Below, piece by piece: positions 58,131 to 64,000 of a stretch of 64,000 nucleotides of DNA; the first letter of the stretch is position 1, and every line of letters begins with the position of its first letter. Location: sequence record NC_102531.1; one strand, written 5' to 3'. Source of the DNA: a phage. Made by a program: the position numbers and the translations under genes. Under the pieces are notes generated by a model. It was not told the origin of the DNA, did no database searches, and saw nothing but the letters and a program-made list of their open reading frames with translations.

Positions 58131-59255
58131 TTAGATAAAACGCTTGAACATAGAAGGTGATGAGATTGATGGAATCACACAAGGAAGTGCTACCTCCTCT
58201 TTCTCCAGGAAATTAATCGCAGAAGCTACACAGTCAGCCCAGTCGTCTTTTCTGTTAAATGTTGATCTTTCCCCGTTGAATTTTTCAAGTTCGGTCAGAA
58301 ATGCTTCCAGAGTATCAGGATGGAAACTGGATTTTACAATCCTTACCATTCCTTGTTGGGCAAGATTGGCAAAAGGTGAGAACCTTGTCAGTTTAGACTT
58401 GTTGGAAGGCATTGGGTCTTCTTCAACCCTAAACCCTTCGGCAAGCAAGGATCTGGAGGAGGTTAAGAACTCACTCTTACCTGCCTGACCGGGGTCCACA
58501 GAGAATACGATTATACAATCATCACCATCAAACTGCGCCTGTTTCCTGATGATCACATCTCGTTCACCAGCCTTTTTACAGAACTTACCTTCCAGACCTG
58601 TGGAATACCTCCCGTCATCCACGTTCTCAGGACAATAATCCCCGGACAGGTAATAAAAGCCGTCGCTATCTTTACTTACCTTAACACTGGCGGTAAAGTC
58701 AGGAAATTTATTACCGGAAGTTCTCTCGGTTCCTGCTTTATCCCATGCCCTGCAAGACACTGATCCAAGGGGTACTCTATCGGCATCACGAAGGAAAGAT
58801 CTTTGAAAATAGTTTGCACCCTCAGGCTTTGCAAACCAGTTACCATGGAGAAGCTGAGCTTTTTCAAGCTCGGGCAGACCTTCAAGGAAAGCAAGGTATT
58901 CTGGGTTGTCTCTCAAGCAGACAGGATTATCGAATATTGTTGCGCCTATAAACGAGAATGACAACGGTCTCGGCTTGATCTCTACACCCAGTCCGTTAAC
59001 AGTGGTGTATTTCTCTATCAACTCTTCTTTAGAGTCTCCCCAGATAAATTCACCGTCGCGTCGGATAAAATATCTTTTCTTACCGCATTTCTCCGGATCT
59101 GGATACCCCTCATCGTCCAACCACCACCTAACCAGTTTGGCAAGCATGTGTTCTGAATCGGGGTTACAGCTGATAACCATTCTTGATGGATACTTTGACT
59201 GAGATCGCAGACGAGACATCAGGTAGTCTATCTGCTCCCATTCGAATTGTGTCGT
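58131..59255 (-). CDS. terminase large subunit, C-terminal part (exon 2 or second half of split gene)
   Basis: ORF track 58131..59219; frame stays open upstream to 59255 (..TTQFEWEQIDYLMSRLRSQSKYPSRMVISCNPD..), as expected directly after a Walker B motif. 5' boundary unresolved. Confidence 0.55.
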   Translation of the reverse strand, partial: TTQFEWEQIDYLMSRLRSQSKYPSRMVISCNPDSEHMLAKLVRWWLDDEGYPDPEKCGKKRYFIRRDGEFIWGDSKEELIEKYTTVNGLGVEIKPRPLSFSFIGATIFDNPVCLRDNPEYLAFLEGLPELEKAQLLHGNWFAKPEGANYFQRSFLRDADRVPLGSVSCRAWDKAGTERTSGNKFPDFTASVKVSKDSDGFYYLSGDYCPENVDDGRYSTGLEGKFCKKAGERDVIIRKQAQFDGDDCIIVFSVDPGQAGKSEFLTSSRSLLAEGFRVEEDPMPSNKSKLTRFSPFANLAQQGMVRIVKSSFHPDTLEAFLTELEKFNGERSTFNRKDDWADCVASAINFLEKEEVALPCVIPSISSPSMFKRFI

Positions 59256-60131
59256 TTATGTTCGGGCAAGGTCGCTAGTCTTGCCCCGCCATTTTCAGGC
59301 AGCTGCATGTCTCCATGCAGACCAGACTATATCTTATGAATGTGTAAATACTCTGCCGCTCTAAGAATAGTTTCCTCATCTTCTTGGAAGAAACCTAAAG
59401 CTCTGTTGCATTTATCACAAAGCAACCCTCTTACAGCACCAGTTTTATGGTCATGATCAACACAAAAGAAATCTCTGTACCCTTGCATCCTATACTCATT
59501 AAGAGATATTCTACAAATGGCACACTTATGATCTTGATCTGAGAGTAGACGATAGTATTCATCTTTTGTTATGTGAAATTTCTTCTCAATCTGATAAAAC
59601 TTTTCACACATCTTACACCTGTTCGTAACCAGATATACTTTACCATAGTCACGTTTTGTGTAAAAACTATCAGCGAGCATACTTTCATGACAAGATTTGC
59701 ATTCAAAAAGTTCACCTTTCTTCAGCAAGTCTTGAATAAACAATGCTGCGTCATCTCTCTTAACCATATTTTTATTTTTACGAGATCCACCCTTCCTGTA
59801 GTACATATAGCATTCCTTGCATGTACCTGAGTATCCATCCTTGCTCTTAGATGATAAAAAGAAATCATCAATAGGCAGAACTCTTTGGCAATCCATACAT
59901 TTTTAGTATTACACATTCACCCTCCCGTTTCGAATCGCTTGATTCTACGTCTTTCGACTAGTCGTTGAACGTTCATCCTCTCGGATGCTTCGCTGCGGAT
60001 TATCTAAATTAACACACTGTTACCCTACCTTCGATCTCTCTTCGAAGCCTCTATTATGTTACCATAACAGGTTGGTGGTGTCAATAATAAAGATTTCCCC
60101 GCAATTAGGGAGGTTTTACGAGAGCTACAAA
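59256..60131 (-). mobile_element. intervening sequence splitting the large terminase gene (putative group I intron or free-standing homing-endonuclease insertion)
   Basis: ~0.9 kb between the stop after Walker B (60132) and resumption of terminase-like frame; contains HNH ORF flanked by ORF-free, GC-richer segments. Splice sites not determined. Confidence 0.5.
59327..59896 (-). CDS. HNH homing endonuclease (endonuclease VII-like)
   Basis: 189 aa; Cys clusters CKECY, CKSCH, CKMCE plus FFCVDHDHKTGAVRGLLCDKCNRALG, a classic EndoVII/HNH zinc-finger motif. Confidence 0.65.
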   Translation of the reverse strand: MDCQRVLPIDDFFLSSKSKDGYSGTCKECYMYYRKGGSRKNKNMVKRDDAALFIQDLLKKGELFECKSCHESMLADSFYTKRDYGKVYLVTNRCKMCEKFYQIEKKFHITKDEYYRLLSDQDHKCAICRISLNEYRMQGYRDFFCVDHDHKTGAVRGLLCDKCNRALGFFQEDEETILRAAEYLHIHKI

Positions 60132-60560
60132 TTAACCCTCATCGAAGCAAACCATGGTGTACTCAAGACCCTGATGGTTAAGCTTATCTTGCACATACTC
60201 CATATGGCAGTATTTTACAACAGCTCCCTTTTTGCTTCTATCCCACTTACCAGTGTTCGGATCAAACCGTGGAAAAATGAACTTATGATCCTTCTCTCTG
60301 AACTTTGGCTTAATGTTTTCAGGCAGATCACTATAAATAGCTACTGCTTTAGGCCATAGTCCACCCTCACCTTCCAACTGTGGGGTTGTTCTTCGGAACA
60401 TAACCACAGAGCTGTGTGGGTCATCAATAATTTTAAGTGGCATCAACTGCAAGAGGAACGACTTGCCAGACCCTGCGGCACCGCCGATTACCAAGATATC
60501 TGCATCGTTTTCGAGGATCATCTTCTGCTTTTCAGAACACGGTCCGTAAATCTTAGACAT
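60132..60560 (-). CDS. terminase large subunit, N-terminal ATPase part (exon 1)
   Basis: 142 aa; Walker A VIGGAAGSGKSFLL; ends ...EYTMVCFDEG (Walker B) immediately before a stop codon. Confidence 0.6.
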   Translation of the reverse strand: MSKIYGPCSEKQKMILENDADILVIGGAAGSGKSFLLQLMPLKIIDDPHSSVVMFRRTTPQLEGEGGLWPKAVAIYSDLPENIKPKFREKDHKFIFPRFDPNTGKWDRSKKGAVVKYCHMEYVQDKLNHQGLEYTMVCFDEG

Positions 60561-60847
60561 TAACCTCTCTCCTTTGGAAACAGTGTTCTAATATAGTCTT
60601 GCAAAATGATCAATTTAGCTCTATCATTGCTACAAGACAGATTATTATCCCTCATAATGCCAGAATTCACTGCATCTGGCGCACCTTTCTTCAAAGGCAT
60701 AGCTTTAGCAGGTGGTTTCATGGCACCTTCTGGGGGTTTAACAATCAACCTTCCTACATCCGGAGGGTCAATCTTGTATTCTCTCTCAACGCTGGTTGCA
60801 CACCCACATAATAACAAGCACGCAATAAACAGTGTGGCAACTCTCAT
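60560..60847 (-). CDS. o-spanin (Rz1-like outer-membrane lipoprotein)
   Basis: 95 aa; signal with lipobox-like FIACLLLCGC; Pro-rich mature part; conserved Cys near C-terminus; overlaps i-spanin by 4 nt. Confidence 0.55.
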   Translation of the reverse strand: MRVATLFIACLLLCGCATSVEREYKIDPPDVGRLIVKPPEGAMKPPAKAMPLKKGAPDAVNSGIMRDNNLSCSNDRAKLIILQDYIRTLFPKERG

Positions 60848-61242
60848 CGATCCTCCTGATTGATACTCTCATTATAAATATCTATAAGCTGATCAGGAAG
60901 TGTTGACTTCTTACCTTCAGGTGATTGGAGGTAGATAATCTGCTTTTCTCTACCTGCCCTCTCAGCTATATTTAATTTATCCTGTAGATCAGAAAGGGAT
61001 TTTTCAAGGTTTTTAACCTCCTCTGCGTGGCCCATTTTAATTTTGTCGGCCTGCTTTTGTTGATGATCAAGGATCCGTTCCCACTTCAACTCTGTTGCTA
61101 ACACACCTTCTTGGTAGGCTTCATTAAGCTTAGAGTTAAACCAATACACGGCCCCAAGATAAGCTGTACCTATAGCCGCTGCAAAAACTAAACCTTTTAT
61201 GATCCCTCTATACCTACTCAGCCATGTTAAACCTGAAATCAT
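60844..61242 (-). CDS. i-spanin (Rz-like inner-membrane protein)
   Basis: 132 aa; N-terminal TM helix GLVFAAAIGTAYLGAVYWF followed by coiled-coil periplasmic region; directly upstream of the o-spanin. Confidence 0.55.
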   Translation of the reverse strand: MISGLTWLSRYRGIIKGLVFAAAIGTAYLGAVYWFNSKLNEAYQEGVLATELKWERILDHQQKQADKIKMGHAEEVKNLEKSLSDLQDKLNIAERAGREKQIIYLQSPEGKKSTLPDQLIDIYNESINQEDR

Positions 61243-61266
61243 TTTAAGGCTCCAGAAACGAAAAAA

Positions 61267-61296
61267 CCCCGCAGCTATACAGCTAACGGGGCGGGT
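61267..61296 (-). terminator. GC-rich hairpin plus U-tract downstream of the 61348 gene
   Basis: On minus transcript ccccg...cgggg stem followed by uuuuuucguuu; exact pairing ambiguous. Confidence 0.35.
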
Positions 61297-61347
61297 TAAA
61301 ATTTAGTAACCTAAATAGATCGAAACTAACTAAAAGGAGACTAATAC

Positions 61348-61617
61348 TTATCGAGGCACTCGGTGGATGATTCTAACAGTAACTGCGTTTTCATTCATCA
61401 AGTATGCATCTACATCTCTGTAAATATAAAACTTCTGCTCACTATCAACAACACAAGCTACCGCCCCTTCAGAGTTGTCTTCAAAAAAGACCACCACTGC
61501 ATCGCAGCTGAGTTCATGATATGACTCTCGAAGATTTACAGACAGAGGATTGAAATCGTCACGAAAATCTACGGTATGGGTTGGATTTACACGCTCTACA
61601 ATTTTAAGTGTATACAT
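61348..61617 (-). CDS. hypothetical protein (89 aa)
   Basis: ORF track; between tRNA cluster and spanins; no TM segment. Confidence 0.45.
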   Translation of the reverse strand: MYTLKIVERVNPTHTVDFRDDFNPLSVNLRESYHELSCDAVVVFFEDNSEGAVACVVDSEQKFYIYRDVDAYLMNENAVTVRIIHRVPR

Positions 61618-61663
61618 TTTAAAGGTTCCTTTTGTTTATATATGTTTAAAGTATAACTGAAAG

Positions 61664-61740
61664 TGGTCTCCACGGAGTGATTCGAACACTCGACCTCCTG
61701 ATCCCAAATCAGGCGCTCTACCAAGCTGAGCTACGCGGAG
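61664..61740 (-). tRNA. tRNA-Pro (anticodon TGG)
   Basis: Manual cloverleaf on reverse complement: acceptor CTCCGCG/CGTGGAG, D-stem GCTC/GAGC, anticodon loop TTTGGGA, T-loop TTCGAAT, CCA encoded. Confidence 0.7.
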
Positions 61741-61751
61741 TATTTACTATT

Positions 61752-61826
61752 TGGTGGCCCTGGGTGGAATTGAACCACCGTCTGGCGATTATGAGTCGCT
61801 TGCTTGAACCTTCCAGCTACAGGGCC
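61752..61826 (-). tRNA. tRNA with CAT anticodon (Met, or Ile if lysidine-modified)
   Basis: Acceptor GGCCCTG/CAGGGCC, anticodon loop CTCATAA, T-arm GGTGG-TTCAATT-CCACC, CCA encoded. Confidence 0.65.
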
Positions 61827-61827
61827 T

Positions 61828-61903
61828 TGGTGCTGATGGCAGGACTTGAACCTACAACCTATTGATTACAAATCAATTGCACTACCGATTGTGCTACATC
61901 AGC
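61828..61903 (-). tRNA. tRNA-Thr (anticodon TGT)
   Basis: Acceptor GCTGATG/CATCAGC, D-stem GCAC/GTGC, anticodon stem ATTGA/TCAAT with loop TTTGTAA, T-loop TTCAAGT, CCA encoded. Confidence 0.7.
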
Positions 61904-61910
61904 AAAAAGG

Positions 61911-62007
61911 TGCTAGGTGATGGAATCGAACCACCTATGTATTCAACGACTACCTCGTCTATTTTCAGGATTAAAAATCCTCGCCCTTGCCAAAGGGCTT
62001 ACCTAGC
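61911..62007 (-). tRNA. atypical 97-nt tRNA-like element (perfect acceptor and T arm, expanded core; identity unresolved, possibly anticodon TTT)
   Basis: Acceptor GCTAGGT/ACCTAGC 7/7, D-arm GCCC-TTTGGCAA-GGGC, T-arm GGTGG-TTCGATT-CCATC; only plausible anticodon loop is TTTTTAA, followed by a 30-nt region with hairpin GACGA-GGTAG-TCGTT. No CCA. Confidence 0.35.
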
Positions 62008-62105
62008 TCAGTATGTTGACCATGTTGCTAGTCGGCGATGACGACTGTAACATTTGATAATCCGGTTCTGCTTCCGGCTTTCGCTTAATTACAAGGTCAA
62101 CAATG

Positions 62106-62196
62106 TGGCGGAGAGTAATGGAATCGAACCATCATCGAGTCATACCCAACGGGACGGTTTTCAAGACCGCTTGAGCACCATTGCTCCCTACCCTCC
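62106..62196 (-). tRNA. tRNA-Ser (anticodon TGA), long variable arm
   Basis: Acceptor GGAGGGT/ACTCTCC, anticodon stem GCGGT/ACCGT with loop CTTGAAA, ~20-nt variable arm, T-loop TTCGATT, CCA encoded. Confidence 0.7.
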
Positions 62197-62310
62197 TTTA
62201 TAAATTATACTGATAATGACACTGATTTTCGAGCAGTTAGTGACTAGTATAAACGACGATAAATATCAATGCCATTATCTGTATTATTTATGCATCTAAA
62301 AATATAAATT

Positions 62311-62397
62311 TGGTGGGGAGTGGTGGAGTCGAACCACCCGAGTCGCAATGACAATAGATTTACAGTCTACACCGCTACCTCTACGGGATAACTCCCC
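62311..62397 (-). tRNA. tRNA-Tyr (anticodon GTA), long variable arm
   Basis: Acceptor GGGGAGT/ACTCCCC, anticodon arm GTAGA-CTGTAAA-TCTAT, variable arm ~15 nt, T-arm GGTGG-TTCGACT-CCACC, CCA encoded. Confidence 0.7.
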
Positions 62398-62401
62398 AAT
62401 T

Positions 62402-62476
62402 TGGCACCCCGTACTGGACTCGAACCAGTGTCAACGGCTTAGAAGGCCGCTGCTTTATCCACTAAGCTAACAGGGC
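62402..62476 (-). tRNA. tRNA-Arg (anticodon TCT)
   Basis: Acceptor GCCCTGT/ACGGGGT (two G-U), D-arm GCTT-AGTGGAT-AAGC, anticodon arm GCGGC-CTTCTAA-GCCGT, T-arm ACTGG-TTCGAGT-CCAGT, CCA encoded. Confidence 0.7.
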
Positions 62477-62572
62477 ACTGGGTGGCTTTCTTTTACACCT
62501 TAGCCGCCAGAAAAGGTGGGAGACCATGTTTACAATATTACACTGTTAAGCAAAGTTTGTCAAGAAAATATT

Positions 62573-62911
62573 TTAGCTATTGCCAACAGGCTGTATTTCT
62601 GTAGTAAATGGCATAAAAGGTGCTGGTTTTTCAGCCTCTTCCACTACCACCTCTTCCTCTTCACCAAACATCTCATCATATTCTTCCTGCATTCGGTCTG
62701 CCTTATCAAGAACATACTCTGCAATGCTTTGACGAATATTTTGTTTGGTTTTCGGGTCCAACATCAGCTCTCTTAAAACTTTGTGAGCTTCTGGAACCAT
62801 CGCTATAAAAGATTCCTTCATATCAAGGATGTTCTTCTCTAGCTGAATGGCGTTGGACTCCTCTTTCAGAGGTCTGCCTCTACGGCGACGCTTTTTAGTT
62901 GTATCCGCCAT
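62573..62911 (-). CDS. small basic protein (113 aa from internal ATG), possible DNA-binding
   Basis: ORF track 62573..63031; ATG 62911 gives MADTTKKRRRRGRPLKEES... with acidic C-terminal tail; the longer start would run into a GC-rich structured region. Confidence 0.4.
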   Translation of the reverse strand: MADTTKKRRRRGRPLKEESNAIQLEKNILDMKESFIAMVPEAHKVLRELMLDPKTKQNIRQSIAEYVLDKADRMQEEYDEMFGEEEEVVVEEAEKPAPFMPFTTEIQPVGNS

Positions 62912-63257
62912 GTTTCCTCCATTATCACGTGATAGGTGGATTTTATCATAGCAAATACTGATTGTCAAGTTCGCCGCAGGGTGGTATTCCCTGCGACTTG
63001 TCCAGCGTCCTGGACCAGCAAGACCCAACAAGTGGGTTACCAGAGGCCTATTACCCGCGCTTCGGCTCGACCTTGTTACAGGTTGGCTGGGGTCACATCG
63101 TCATGTGCTGGCTGCCCCTACCATTTTAAGTGTGGTGCACTATCAAGCCCTCTAAGGGGAACTCAGTCTTCTCTGAACCCTGTTTCAAAGCATCCAGAGA
63201 TAAAGCCATCAAATTCATCTTTAAATTGGATATTCATCATGATACACGAAAACAACC

Positions 63258-63500
63258 TCATTGTAAAGCACAAATAAATAAAACATACTTAATTTGTTTG
63301 TTATCAGGCTCAGGGTAGAAGTAGAAGATCTTGCTATCACCGATCTGAACACCACCATCCCAACAACATAGCCCATAACCTGTATTCATACAAGCTAAGT
63401 CGTTGGCAAAATCTATTGCATCATCCAGTGCACGAAATTCACCTTCATCTTCTAAATAATCCTCATTCATGGAACGAAAAACGAGCTTAACCTTAAACAT
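63258..63500 (-). CDS. hypothetical protein (80 aa)
   Basis: ORF track; no recognisable motif. Confidence 0.4.
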   Translation of the reverse strand: MFKVKLVFRSMNEDYLEDEGEFRALDDAIDFANDLACMNTGYGLCCWDGGVQIGDSKIFYFYPEPDNKQIKYVLFICALQ

Positions 63501-63576
63501 AGCATTACCTGTAGACCTCGTAAGTTAAAATTGTATAACATCATATTGCAGATCTTATCAGGTAACATTATTTTTG

Positions 63577-63765
63577 TCAACAGATTCCGGCCTTATCTCG
63601 CCTGTCTGCGTATTCTTTAATCGCAACCTCATCTGCATTAGTGACTAAATCTTCAAAGTAATTCTCAAGCTCCTCGTCAATGTCAGGAGACCAGCTCTTT
63701 TTCCTGTCAGTGTGAATCGCAGACTTGTTAAACTTATTACAGTTCTTTGCTACCGGATTGTTCAT
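63577..63765 (-). CDS. hypothetical protein (62 aa)
   Basis: ORF track; SD GAGGGGG 5 nt upstream; starts 9 nt after the stop of the partial gene. Confidence 0.4.
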   Translation of the reverse strand: MNNPVAKNCNKFNKSAIHTDRKKSWSPDIDEELENYFEDLVTNADEVAIKEYADRRDKAGIC

Positions 63766-63776
63766 TAATCACCCCC

Positions 63777-64000
63777 TCATCGTTCACAGTAAATCTTATT
63801 TAACATTACCTCATCATTTGCAGAAAGGATATCTAGATATGCATCACCAAATCTACCTGCAACAACCTCTGCATGATACATCACTTCGTTAATATCGTCA
63901 AGAGTGATAACCGGATGACCGTATCTCTCTGAGTATTGTCTCAGAGTGCGATGTAGAGAGTCGTCATCATAGGAAGACTTTTTAATATCACAAACACGAC
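63777..64000 (-). CDS. hypothetical protein, C-terminal fragment (gene enters from beyond window end)
   Basis: Minus-strand frame open from position 64000 down to TGA at 63779..63777: ...RVCDIKKSSYDDDSLHRTLRQYSERYGHPVITLDDINEVMYHAEVVAGRFGDAYLDILSANDEVMLNKIYCER. Confidence 0.4.
   Translation of the reverse strand, partial: RVCDIKKSSYDDDSLHRTLRQYSERYGHPVITLDDINEVMYHAEVVAGRFGDAYLDILSANDEVMLNKIYCER

Noticed and set aside
61911-62007. Calling the atypical element a canonical tRNA-Lys(TTT) or tRNA-Leu(TAA)
   Set aside because: The core is ~20 nt too long, the anticodon stem has a mismatch, and no standard cloverleaf fits; kept as a low-confidence tRNA-like feature.
62936-63277. Plus-strand ORF 62936..63277 (113 aa, Arg/Cys-rich)
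   Set aside because: Its odd composition is what translation of a GC-rich structured region gives; no SD; the region was instead flagged as a possible ncRNA.
1-64000. CRISPR arrays or prophage integration signatures (integrase, att sites)
   Set aside because: No array of short regular direct repeats with spacers and no integrase-like gene were seen; the window looks like a virulent-phage genome segment.

Overview
This window reads as a contiguous piece of a large tailed-phage genome (contractile-tail type, probably infecting an enterobacterial host), with almost no non-coding space. All calls are made by eye from the sequence and the ORF track; no BLAST, HMM or tRNA/RNA-folding tool was run, so every family assignment is motif-level and needs confirmation. 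Layout: (a) 1-5486, a minus-strand early-type operon containing a truncated HSP90/MORC-like GHKL ATPase, a secreted SleB-family cell-wall hydrolase, a MoxR-like AAA+ ATPase and several small unknowns; (b) 5487-5600, back-to-back sigma70-like divergent promoters; (c) 5629-12593, a plus-strand operon with an HNH-like protein, a vWA protein carrying an HExxH putative metallopeptidase domain, four tandem paralogous 77-87 aa genes, a HAD-like protein and Cys-rich small proteins; (d) 12641-61242, a minus-strand structural module: several very large tail fibre/tailspike genes, baseplate, tape measure, frameshift-type chaperones, sheath, tube, head genes (lambda E-like capsid, D-like decoration, scaffold, portal), a large terminase gene split by a ~0.9 kb HNH-encoding intervening sequence, and an Rz/Rz1-type spanin pair; (e) 61664-62476, a minus-strand cluster of six canonical tRNAs plus one atypical tRNA-like element; (f) 62573-64000, small minus-strand genes and a GC-rich ORF-free stretch. 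The most unusual content is the co-occurrence of a GHKL ATPase, a MoxR AAA+ ATPase and a vWA/metallopeptidase protein around the divergent early promoters, which I flag as a candidate NTPase-driven chaperone or conflict module; I cannot show that they act together.
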